Positions 55,878-64,000 of a DNA stretch of 64,000 nucleotides are shown here, piece by piece; position 1 is the stretch's first letter; each line of letters starts with the position of its first letter. Under the pieces are notes generated by a model. The model did no database searches, was not told where the DNA came from, and saw only the letters and a list, made by a program, of their open reading frames with translations. The position numbers were made by a program, and so were the translations under genes. This DNA is from an uncultured Synergistota bacterium (GTDB lineage Bacteria; Synergistota; JAGHAJ01), in NCBI GenBank assembly GCA_964559865.1, contig CAZLJD010000030.1:125196-189195 (forward strand). Direction: 5' to 3'.

Positions 55878-56654
55878 TTATATGTCCAGTCTCATGCCGT
55901 CACTTGCTGCTATGACATTTATACCCGTTTCTTCGGATATTGACTGTGCAACTTTGTAAGGGTTTGCTTTCAGCATGGTGCCGCCAAAGTGCGTGAGAAC
56001 GATGAGCTTAGGTCTTATCTCATTTGCTACTGTCACTACATCTTCTACGGATAGGTGTTGTATTGATGTCCCCTTTACAGACTTGTATCTCACGGTATTC
56101 ATGACTATTATCTCAGAATCTTTGTAGCTTTCGATTAGCTCTGGGAAGAATCGGGTATCTACCATGAAGGAGAGTAGCTTATCTTTTAGTTTGAACTTTA
56201 TTCCGTAGGTTTCTACTGAGTGTTTGTGCCTTGTGGATGTACTGAAAGGTACGCCATCTATGTGGTACACTGAATTGCCCTTTAACACTTGGATGTTGGA
56301 AAGAAAGGCTCTTGTGTACGGGAGTACGACCCTGTTTTCTCCGAAAAGGGCATCTTCGGGTGCAAACAGCTGTCCTTTCTTTTTTATCCCTCCAAGTGTC
56401 ATGCCGTCTATGAGTATGTTTACATCGTTTGAGTGGTCTATGTGGAGGTGCGAAAGTATGATGGCATCTATGCTCTCGATGTCTATTTTAGGCCTTGATT
56501 TGGCCATTCTCACGAGCGTTCCTGGGCCGGGATCCAGGATGATGTTTATGTCATTTATATGTATGAAGACACCCCCAGACGCCCTTATTTGCTTTGACAC
56601 GATGAATCTAGCACCTGCTGTGCCGAGAAACTTTATGTAATTTTCGGACATCAC
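55878..56654 (-). CDS. MBL-fold metallo-hydrolase
   Basis: LSHLHIDH zinc motif; overlaps the upstream nifX-like gene by 4 nt. Confidence 0.7.
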   Translation of the reverse strand: MMSENYIKFLGTAGARFIVSKQIRASGGVFIHINDINIILDPGPGTLVRMAKSRPKIDIESIDAIILSHLHIDHSNDVNILIDGMTLGGIKKKGQLFAPEDALFGENRVVLPYTRAFLSNIQVLKGNSVYHIDGVPFSTSTRHKHSVETYGIKFKLKDKLLSFMVDTRFFPELIESYKDSEIIVMNTVRYKSVKGTSIQHLSVEDVVTVANEIRPKLIVLTHFGGTMLKANPYKVAQSISEETGINVIAASDGMRLDI

Positions 56655-57070
56655 TCAAGAGCAGGTATTACCTGCTCCCTTTCACCAGACTTTCTCTTCT
56701 GGATGAGTGAGTATATGGTGTGGAAGTTTTCTGCTATTACCTGCAGACACTCCTCAACGCTTTCCCTCTTGACAACCACAGGTTGTATTTCTGTTGACTT
56801 ACTCATCTTTATGAAGTTTGGACTCAGTACTCTTCCTACGAAGACCTCCACGGAAGGCAGAATGGACATGATTTTCTTCATCTTACCGCTGCTACCGTGT
56901 TTCTCTTCCTCTTCGTCTTCAAGAGCGATGTTCTTCACCTTTTTTACTAATTCGTACTCTCCATCCTCCTTGACCCTGTAGACAAGGAATTGTGATGTGT
57001 CGCCGAGATGTTTCTTTGGCATGCTCTTACCGTCATCACTTCCCAGTACTATAGTGATACACTTGTCCAT
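56651..57070 (-). CDS. NifB/NifX-family (dinitrogenase FeMo-cofactor-binding-domain-like) small protein
   Basis: ITIVLGSDDGKSMPKKHLGDTSQFLVYRV N-terminus resembles the NifX/NafY-type fold; acidic linker. Confidence 0.55.
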   Translation of the reverse strand: MDKCITIVLGSDDGKSMPKKHLGDTSQFLVYRVKEDGEYELVKKVKNIALEDEEEEKHGSSGKMKKIMSILPSVEVFVGRVLSPNFIKMSKSTEIQPVVVKRESVEECLQVIAENFHTIYSLIQKRKSGEREQVIPALE

Positions 57071-57082
57071 AACTATCCCTCC

Positions 57083-57967
57083 TTATACCCCTATCATGTC
57101 GAGTAACATGGGTAACTTGTTCAGTGATGCTATAGGCATTATGTGGATACCATCTGCGAGATGCTCTCTTCTTATGGCTATTATGATTTCTGCTGCTATC
57201 TTAAATCCCTCCTCCAGTGGGTTGCTGGCGTTTGCTATCCTCTTTATGATGTGTTCTGGCACTATTATACCCGGTATGTGCTCATTCATGAATGTTGCCA
57301 TTCTCACGGAGCGTACGGGTATTATTCCTGCCAGTATCTTGGTTTTTATACCGGAATCGCTCATTAGCTTTATGAAGCTTTTCCACCTCTGCAATTCGAA
57401 GACTGCCTGCGTTTGAAAGAACTGTGCACCTGCTTTTATCTTCTTTTTCATAGTGATTATCTGCAGCTCTTGGGGTGTGAAACTTGGGTTTGTTACTGCA
57501 CCTGCAAACAGGTTTAGCGGTGTGTCTATCTGATTATTGCCCATATCTCTGCCTTCTGATAGTTCTCTTATTGCCCGAAGTATTCCCACAGAATCTAAGT
57601 CGAATACCGGTTTTGCTGCTGGATTATCTCCTAATGAGGGGTGATCTCCTGTAAGTGCGAGAAAGTTCTTTATCCCTAAGGATGCTGCAGATATGATCTC
57701 TCCCTGTATAGCTATCCTGTTTCTGTCCCTTCCAGTAATGTGGAGCACGGGTTCAAATCCCTCTTCTATTACCGTAAGGGCTGCAGATAGGGCACTCATC
57801 CTTACTGATGCACCCTGAAAGTCGGTGATGTTTATGGCATCAACTCTTCCTATTAATGGTTTTATATGTTTCCTTAGGTGGGTTCTGTCTATGCCCTTTG
57901 GTGGTGCAACTTCCACCGTTATAACGAAATCTTTACTGTTAAGTGCTTTTCTGAACTCCATGTGCAT
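57083..57967 (-). CDS. metF: methylenetetrahydrofolate reductase
   Basis: VITVEVAPPKG, FALTGDHP, GAQFFQTQAVF blocks of MetF. Confidence 0.85.
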   Translation of the reverse strand: MHMEFRKALNSKDFVITVEVAPPKGIDRTHLRKHIKPLIGRVDAINITDFQGASVRMSALSAALTVIEEGFEPVLHITGRDRNRIAIQGEIISAASLGIKNFLALTGDHPSLGDNPAAKPVFDLDSVGILRAIRELSEGRDMGNNQIDTPLNLFAGAVTNPSFTPQELQIITMKKKIKAGAQFFQTQAVFELQRWKSFIKLMSDSGIKTKILAGIIPVRSVRMATFMNEHIPGIIVPEHIIKRIANASNPLEEGFKIAAEIIIAIRREHLADGIHIMPIASLNKLPMLLDMIGV

Positions 57968-58636
57968 CTACCTCTTTCTTACATTTATGTGTCTTGGTTT
58001 TATAACTTTAGAGTAGTCCTTTGGTGGCAGGATTTCCTCCATACGCTCCAGCTGTTTTAATCTCGACAGCCTTTTGTATATGGATACCCAGACGCACTCC
58101 TCTTTAGGGTTTACCTCACACATGCCGTTTTTTGCCCCTCCACACGGTCCATTTAGCAACCCCTTTGGGCATCTTGTAACCGGACATATTCCACCTGTGT
58201 AGTTTAAGACGCACGAACCACATGCACTGCAGGTTTCGTTAAAGTATCCTACTCTTTCTACTTCACCTATAAAGAGGGTGTTTGTTCCAGAGTACACGGG
58301 TATCTCCTCACTGAGAAGCTGTTCGGATGCTTTTGCAACCACTTGGACACCGTCACCGCATGCTATACTCAGTATCGAGTCGGAGTCGTTTAGCTCGTTA
58401 ATGTGTTTTTTTAGATCCAGTTTTACCCTCTGCAAGTTACATGAAGGGTCTATTACTACATACCCGGTGACGAGCTTTCCTGCAGATTGAAGTCTTTCCT
58501 TTAGCTCCAGAATCTCGGGTTCTCCTCCTACTTTTGCAAGTGCAGAACACACGGCACAGCCACTGAGAAACACCTTTTTGCTCCCTTTTAACACATCTAA
58601 GATCTCTTCAAAGGGTTTCTGCTCGGATATAATCAT
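57968..58636 (-). CDS. metV: MetF-associated Cys-rich subunit (MTHFR C-terminal-like, MetV-type)
   Basis: Cys-rich 222-aa protein (CAVC, CSACGSC, CPVTRCPKGLLNGPCGG) directly upstream of and abutting metF. Confidence 0.7.
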   Translation of the reverse strand: MIISEQKPFEEILDVLKGSKKVFLSGCAVCSALAKVGGEPEILELKERLQSAGKLVTGYVVIDPSCNLQRVKLDLKKHINELNDSDSILSIACGDGVQVVAKASEQLLSEEIPVYSGTNTLFIGEVERVGYFNETCSACGSCVLNYTGGICPVTRCPKGLLNGPCGGAKNGMCEVNPKEECVWVSIYKRLSRLKQLERMEEILPPKDYSKVIKPRHINVRKR

Positions 58637-58687
58637 CTTTCATTACTCCTTCCTTAATTCCTGCTGGTAAAAGATTTTACCACGCTT

Positions 58688-59617
58688 TTACTTGCTATAG
58701 TAGAATGTATTTCCTTTAAACACCTTTTTTATGACGCCTTTCGTGTTTTCGAGTTCTTTAAAGAAGCTTTTTAACTCTACATCGAAGTATGCTTTGACTG
58801 TCTGTTGTATCTGTTCTTTTCTCATTGGATGCCTTTTTATTATCTCCAATATGGCCTTTACGGGTGGTAGGTCTGTTTGAAGCTTGAATGTCCCTTCTTC
58901 CTGATATGCAATGCTTACAGCTTCTCCTATTATTGCGTGTGCATTTGCAATCGTTTCTATATCTGGCGGTTCTACCCATGGTTCAGCTGGTGGTCTTATA
59001 GGCACATTTATGTATGTCCTGTCTGGAGATATCTCTTTTAAAGTGTAATTTAGTTTTAAAAGGTGTTCGCTGGAGTCGTTTACACCTTTTACCAACATTA
59101 TCTCTATCCACAACTGTCCTTTGAACGCTTTTCTGAATTCTATCATTCCCTCGATGATCTCAGATATTTGCATCTTCCCGATAGGTCTATTTATCTTCTG
59201 GAATGTCTGCTGGTCAGATGCGTCCAGAGAAGGCATAACTACGTCAGCGTTTAGGAGTTCTGATCTGACATCTTCTTGGGATAACAGTGCGCCATTTGTT
59301 ATGACAGCTACAGGTATCTCCGTAAAGCCCTTTATGCTTTTGATGATTTTTCCGATGCTCTTGCAAAGAGTGGGTTCTCCCTCTCCCACGAGTGTGATGT
59401 AGTCTATTTCCTCTTTACCTGATACAGCCAGTTCCACCTCTCTTATTATTTCCTCTGGGGGAAAGTAGTCCTGCCTCTCATTTGTCATGTGATCGGTTCT
59501 GCCAAGCTGACAATATATGCAAGAGTAGTTACAGGTCTTTGAAGGGATGGGATTGACCCCGAGAGACTTTCCCAGTCGTCTGGAAGGTACCGGACCGTAC
59601 ACATACTTGTACTGCAT
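58688..59617 (-). CDS. radical SAM protein (function unknown)
   Basis: YGPVPSRRLGKSLGVN N-terminus and CNYSCIYCQ (Cx3Cx2C). Confidence 0.8.
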   Translation of the reverse strand: MQYKYVYGPVPSRRLGKSLGVNPIPSKTCNYSCIYCQLGRTDHMTNERQDYFPPEEIIREVELAVSGKEEIDYITLVGEGEPTLCKSIGKIIKSIKGFTEIPVAVITNGALLSQEDVRSELLNADVVMPSLDASDQQTFQKINRPIGKMQISEIIEGMIEFRKAFKGQLWIEIMLVKGVNDSSEHLLKLNYTLKEISPDRTYINVPIRPPAEPWVEPPDIETIANAHAIIGEAVSIAYQEEGTFKLQTDLPPVKAILEIIKRHPMRKEQIQQTVKAYFDVELKSFFKELENTKGVIKKVFKGNTFYYSK

Positions 59618-59767
59618 TTTATCCCTTCTTTCGCAAGTTGTCTGGTAAAATTATACCATCTTGTTGCAAATGGCACTCCGGGGGTGCAAAATTTTCTACT
59701 TCATTAAAATAGTAAATGTGTGTTATAATTTCCTGAGGTTGGCTATTCTGGTTCCTTGGGGGGCAAA

Positions 59768-60223
59768 ATGAAGGAGGTATATGTTTTTTTTCTTTCCATG
59801 ACGCCTGTGGGAGAGGTGAGGTTGTCCATCCCTATGGGGATATTCTACTACCACCTTTCTCCTATGACCTCGTACTTGGTAAGTGTTGTAGGTAATGTTC
59901 TGATAGCCATACTCCTTTTGTATATACTTCAATGGGTTGAAGCACAGCTTAGAAGGGTAGCGTTTATTGATAGGATCTATACTAAGTATGTAGATGCTTT
60001 GAGGGAAAGGGTCAGAGATAGGCTGAACAGGTGGGGGTATATTGCTCTCCTGCTGTTTGTGGGAGTGCCTCTGCCTGGTAGTGGGGTGTACACTGGTGCA
60101 TTGATCTCTTACCTCTTTAACATGGACAAATTGAGGTCCATGATATACATATCTTTGGGCGCTATTATGGCTTCCACGGTAGTTGTCTATCTGGTTGTTG
60201 CAACTAAGATGTTTATAAAATAA
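59768..60223 (+). CDS. small membrane protein (possibly COG2426 small multidrug export family)
   Basis: Four predicted helices, VGVPLPGSGVYTGAL motif; preceded by an extended -10 element TGtTATAAT at 59721-59729. Confidence 0.5.
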   Translation: MKEVYVFFLSMTPVGEVRLSIPMGIFYYHLSPMTSYLVSVVGNVLIAILLLYILQWVEAQLRRVAFIDRIYTKYVDALRERVRDRLNRWGYIALLLFVGVPLPGSGVYTGALISYLFNMDKLRSMIYISLGAIMASTVVVYLVVATKMFIK

Positions 60224-60244
60224 ACTTTCGGTGGGGGTATTGTA

Positions 60245-62719
60245 ATGATAGAGTACAATTTTAGGGAGATCGAAGAGAAGTGGCAGAGGTACTGGGAAGA
60301 GAATAAAACTTTCAGGGTGGAAAGGGACCCAAACAAAAAGAAGTACTATGTCCTTGAGATGTTTCCCTATCCTTCTGGTAAGCTTCACATTGGGCACTTG
60401 AGGAACTATTCCATAGGTGATGTGGTTGCCCGCTACAAGAGGATGAGGGGTTTTAATGTGTTGCATCCTATGGGGTGGGATGCGTTTGGTTTGCCTGCTG
60501 AGAATGCAGCGATAAAGATGAAGGTGCACCCGGCAAGCTGGACATATGGCAACATCGAGAACATGAGGAAGCAGCTGAAAGAGATAGGTGCAAGCTACGA
60601 TTGGGATAGAGAGGTTGCCACCTGTGATCCTGATTACTACAAGTGGACTGAATGGATGTTCTTGCAGTTTTACAAGGCAGGTCTTGCCTACAAGGCGGAA
60701 GCGCTTGTCAACTGGTGTCCTAAGTGCAAGACTGTGCTTGCTAATGAACAGGTGGAGCAGGGGAGGTGTTGGAGGTGCGGTAGCGTGGTTCAGAAGAAGA
60801 AGCTGGAGCAGTGGTTTCTGAAGATAACGGACTACGCAGAGGAGCTGCTCTCCGACATCGAGAAGCTTGAGGGTTGGCCCGAGAGGGTAAAGCTGATGCA
60901 GAAGAACTGGATAGGTAAGAGTGAAGGGGTGGAGGTAGACTTCGAGGTGGAGGGACTGGACGAAGTTATGCCGATCTTTACGACGAGGATAGATACGATA
61001 TTTGGTGTAACATTTATGGCACTTGCGCCGGAGCATCCACTTGTAGACAAGATTATATCTTTGAGCAGTAATGGAGATGAGATTAGGAACTTTGTTGATG
61101 AAGTGTTGAGGCAGGATCAAAGCTATAGGTCTGACATATCCACGGAGAAAGAGGGGATCTTTACAGGGTATTACGCCGTGAACCCGGTGAACGGGGAGAG
61201 AATACCTGTATGGGTTGCAAATTATATCCTAATGGAGTATGGGACTGGAGCTATCATGGGTGTGCCCGCTCACGATGAGAGGGACTTCGAGTTTGCTAAA
61301 AAGTATAACCTTCCTATTAGAGTGGTTATATCCCCGGATGGTAGTGCAAACCCCCATCTCGAAGAAGCCTACACCGGAGATGGGATACAGGTCAATTCTG
61401 GTGAGTTTGACGGTTTATCCTGCAAAGAGGCAAAGGAGAAGATAGCGGATTGGGTTGAAAGACAGGGCATTGGCAGGAGGAAGGTAAACTACAAGTTAAG
61501 GGATTGGCTCATATCCCGTCAGAGGTATTGGGGAGCACCTATCCCGATTGTTTACTGCCAAAAGTGTGGGATCGTGCCTGTCCCGGAAGATCGGCTTCCT
61601 GTTATACTACCTTTGGACCTGCAGATAGGGGAGGACGGGAGCTCGCCGCTTCCTAAGAGCAAAGAGTTTGTCGAGGCGAGATGCCCTGTATGTGGTGGTC
61701 CTGCTAAAAGGGAGACGGATACGATGGATACATTTATATGCTCTTCTTGGTACTTTGACAGGTTTACGAGCCCGAGATCTGATGATAAGCCGTTCGAGAA
61801 GGATGACATAGAGTATTGGATGCCGGTCGACCAGTATATAGGTGGTGTCGAACATGCGGTATTGCACCTTCTTTACTCACGCTTTTTCACGAAGTTTTTG
61901 GCAGATAGAGGTTTGTTTGAGTTTAGAGAGCCATTCAAGAATCTGCTTACGCAGGGCATGGTGATAAAAGATGGAGCGAAGATGTCTAAATCTCTGGGCA
62001 ACATTGTGGACCCAGATGATATCATAAAAAAGTATGGTGCAGACACTGCGAGATTGTTTATTCTGTTTACATCTCCCCCTGAGAGAGATCTCGAATGGAG
62101 CGACCAAGGTGTGGAGGGTGCTCACAGGTTTCTTAAGAGGGTCTGGAGATTGTATCAGCTTCTGATACCGAAACTGCCCCGGAAATCCTTTGAGGTAATA
62201 GATGTTGACGATATAAAGAGCAAGGAAACCAGAAGACTCAAGAGATTTCTCCACTATACGATAAAGCGTGTCACTATAGATATAGACAAGAGAATGCACT
62301 TTAATACTGCCATAAGTGCTCTTATGGAACTCACCAACGAGCTTTACAAGTTTAAACCCCAGACGGAGGAGGACTGGATGGTCGTGAACGAGGCACTTAA
62401 TGCGATGGTGTTGATGTTCCACCCGTTTGTGCCTCACATTGCAGAGGAGCTTTGGAGTCTGCTTGGAAATGACTCTACTCTGGCTTACGAGCCGTGGCCT
62501 CAGTGGGATGAGAAGGCGGCTACATTCGAGGAGGTTACCGTAGTAGTGCAGATAAATGGTAAGGTGAGATCCCAGTTTGATGCACCTCGTGGACTCTCTA
62601 AGGAAGAGCTAAAGGAGATGGCACTTTCGAGCGATGCAGTTCGCTCACGGATAGAGGGTAAGGAGATTGTGAAGGTTGTTGTGGTCCCAGATAAGATAGT
62701 GAGTATTGTAGTGAGATGA
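60245..62719 (+). CDS. leuS: leucine--tRNA ligase
   Basis: HIGH-type motif ([15 protein letters not shown]), KMSKS motif, editing domain, Zn-binding Cys pairs. Confidence 0.95.
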   Translation: MIEYNFREIEEKWQRYWEENKTFRVERDPNKKKYYVLEMFPYPSGKLHIGHLRNYSIGDVVARYKRMRGFNVLHPMGWDAFGLPAENAAIKMKVHPASWTYGNIENMRKQLKEIGASYDWDREVATCDPDYYKWTEWMFLQFYKAGLAYKAEALVNWCPKCKTVLANEQVEQGRCWRCGSVVQKKKLEQWFLKITDYAEELLSDIEKLEGWPERVKLMQKNWIGKSEGVEVDFEVEGLDEVMPIFTTRIDTIFGVTFMALAPEHPLVDKIISLSSNGDEIRNFVDEVLRQDQSYRSDISTEKEGIFTGYYAVNPVNGERIPVWVANYILMEYGTGAIMGVPAHDERDFEFAKKYNLPIRVVISPDGSANPHLEEAYTGDGIQVNSGEFDGLSCKEAKEKIADWVERQGIGRRKVNYKLRDWLISRQRYWGAPIPIVYCQKCGIVPVPEDRLPVILPLDLQIGEDGSSPLPKSKEFVEARCPVCGGPAKRETDTMDTFICSSWYFDRFTSPRSDDKPFEKDDIEYWMPVDQYIGGVEHAVLHLLYSRFFTKFLADRGLFEFREPFKNLLTQGMVIKDGAKMSKSLGNIVDPDDIIKKYGADTARLFILFTSPPERDLEWSDQGVEGAHRFLKRVWRLYQLLIPKLPRKSFEVIDVDDIKSKETRRLKRFLHYTIKRVTIDIDKRMHFNTAISALMELTNELYKFKPQTEEDWMVVNEALNAMVLMFHPFVPHIAEELWSLLGNDSTLAYEPWPQWDEKAATFEEVTVVVQINGKVRSQFDAPRGLSKEELKEMALSSDAVRSRIEGKEIVKVVVVPDKIVSIVVR

Positions 62720-63642
62720 GGAAGAACCTTTATCTGCTCAGGGGGAAGGAAGGTTTTCTGAAGGAACTGTTTGTCAGAAGGAGAAGAGAAAGATACAGCA
62801 GCGTTAACATTGTTCGGGGTGGGGAGCTCGGATTAAAAGAGTTCGTGGGCATTCTTTCTGATAGAGGAGTCTTTGGTGGGGATTGTCCAAGGATGGTGGT
62901 TGTGAAGCATGCAGAGGCACTCCCCTTGAGTTCAAAGACAGAGGTTTCCTTCGTGCTGAGCTGTCTGTCTGATTGCGTTGACCTCTTTCTCGTCTTTGAG
63001 GAGGACAACAAGGTTTATGCGTTGTTCAGAGGTGCTGGAAAAGAGTTTACTTTCAGCAGACTTTACGGTGGGAGACTGCAGGAGTGGGTAGAAGGACTGC
63101 TTAGGGATTACGGAATAAAGCCACATTACAGGCTCGTTGATGCCCTTGTGAGCTTGCAGGAACCTCCTTTGATATACGACAAGGTGCAACAGATCTCTCT
63201 ATTGGCTTCTGATGGGATTTTAAATGAGAAAGATGTAGAGGAGCTCTTTAGCAGTGTGGAAGTGGTTAATCCGTTTGCCGTTATAGATGCCGTTCTGAAT
63301 AAGGATTTGGCTTTGATGATGAGGGTTATTTATAGTGCTAAGACGAAAGAGGATTCTCTTAAAGCATTTTATACGGTTGTGAAGTATGTGCATGCACTCT
63401 TTATTGCCAAGCTACTCGCTGAACGGGGGCGAGATGTTCAGCAGGAGTTGGTGTCGCTACTTAAGTTGCATCCATTTGTTGCTAAGAAGGTCTTAAGGGC
63501 GCTTTCGCTTTACCCTTTAGACTTTTTTGCTAAAAAAATACCTTACCTCTACTCTGTAGAGGTAAGGTTAAGAAAATCTCACCTTGACTTGAGGGATTCT
63601 ATCGCAAAAGGACTCTTTTATCTGTTTTCTGATGCCAGCTGA
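62716..63642 (+). CDS. holA: DNA polymerase III delta subunit (HolA-like)
   Basis: Size (308 aa), [11 protein letters not shown]-terminus, and conserved leuS-holA-rpsT neighbourhood; weak motif support. Confidence 0.6.
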   Translation: MRKNLYLLRGKEGFLKELFVRRRRERYSSVNIVRGGELGLKEFVGILSDRGVFGGDCPRMVVVKHAEALPLSSKTEVSFVLSCLSDCVDLFLVFEEDNKVYALFRGAGKEFTFSRLYGGRLQEWVEGLLRDYGIKPHYRLVDALVSLQEPPLIYDKVQQISLLASDGILNEKDVEELFSSVEVVNPFAVIDAVLNKDLALMMRVIYSAKTKEDSLKAFYTVVKYVHALFIAKLLAERGRDVQQELVSLLKLHPFVAKKVLRALSLYPLDFFAKKIPYLYSVEVRLRKSHLDLRDSIAKGLFYLFSDAS

Positions 63643-63893
63643 TTGAGTTTTGAGTATAGGCGTGACTTCTTTCTGGCAGCGTTGTTCTTGTGTATGACGC
63701 CTTTGCGAGCGGCTCTATCTATTGTAGAGACGGCTTCTCTTAGGAGTTTTTCTATCTCTTCTCTGTTGTTGCCTTCCAAGGCTTTAAGAAACTTCTTTAT
63801 TCTCGTTTTTACTTCTGATTTTACTGCCCTGTTACGCATGCGGCGTTTTTCCTCTTGGCGTATTCTCTTTATAGCGGACTTTATGTTTGCCAA
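63618..63893 (-). CDS. rpsT: 30S ribosomal protein S20
   Basis: MANIKSAIKRIRQEEKRRMRNR N-terminus typical of S20; TTG start preceded by AGGAGGTGA. Confidence 0.9.
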   Translation of the reverse strand: MANIKSAIKRIRQEEKRRMRNRAVKSEVKTRIKKFLKALEGNNREEIEKLLREAVSTIDRAARKGVIHKNNAARKKSRLYSKLNQLASENR

Positions 63894-64000
63894 CCCTTCT
63901 CACCTCCTTACGGCTGTTATTCTACCATCTGTGTAGCTGTTTGACAACCCTTAATTTGGCTGGACTCTTTCTTTGTCTTTTATGGTAGAGGTCTTTGTGA

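Noticed and set aside
59778-59800. AGGAGG-preceded ATG at 59781
   Set aside because: Despite the strong RBS, the frame reads MFFFFP then stop; the longer in-frame ORF from ATG 59768 is preferred.
59723-61120. 465-aa minus-strand ORF
   Set aside because: Lies antisense to the strongly supported leuS and small membrane protein genes; no recognisable motifs and a low-complexity composition.
1-64000. CRISPR arrays, IS elements, restriction-modification or other defence systems
   Set aside because: No regularly spaced direct repeats, transposase or nuclease/ATPase signature ORFs were recognised by eye; subtle repeats cannot be excluded without computation.

Overview
64-kb bacterial chromosomal window, densely coded (roughly 60 genes, 3 tRNAs), with many GTG/TTG starts and 1-4 nt gene overlaps. 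Gene content (LPS heptose epimerase, MurJ, c-di-GMP enzymes, Mrp/Nuo-type complex, hyp maturation genes, MetVF) suggests an anaerobic, possibly thermophilic Gram-negative bacterium; no taxon can be assigned from sequence alone. All functional calls come from reading motifs in the supplied translations and DNA by eye; no database search was run. Main blocks in order: partial hldD (-); GGDEF cyclase; a 13-gene Mrp-antiporter/complex-I-like operon of the Mbx/Mbs type (2058-11267) whose catalytic subunit keeps only one Cys per [NiFe] ligand pair; a GAF/HD-GYP sensor; tRNA-Lys followed by a Trp-codon leader peptide and attenuator in front of trpB2; galK and a MalK-like ATPase; housekeeping and hydrolase genes; a translationally coupled hypothetical/PP-loop/radical-SAM triad; fpg (-); a five-gene peptide ABC transporter followed by two uncharacterised enzymes; ggt; a TSUP transporter; hypA; a phasin-like plus radical-SAM pair with consensus promoter and terminator; murJ, trkAH, coaX, dus, lysS; a GT28 glycosyltransferase; tRNA-Glu and tRNA-Thr; hypCDE (-); a CcdA/thioredoxin triad; a minus-strand rSAM-metV-metF-nifX-like-MBL operon; leuS, holA, rpsT. 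No mobile elements, CRISPR arrays or recognisable defence genes were seen. The most notable observations are the predicted trp-type attenuator co-transcribed with tRNA-Lys, the half-degenerate [NiFe] site in the Mbx-type complex, and two uncharacterised radical-SAM modules.
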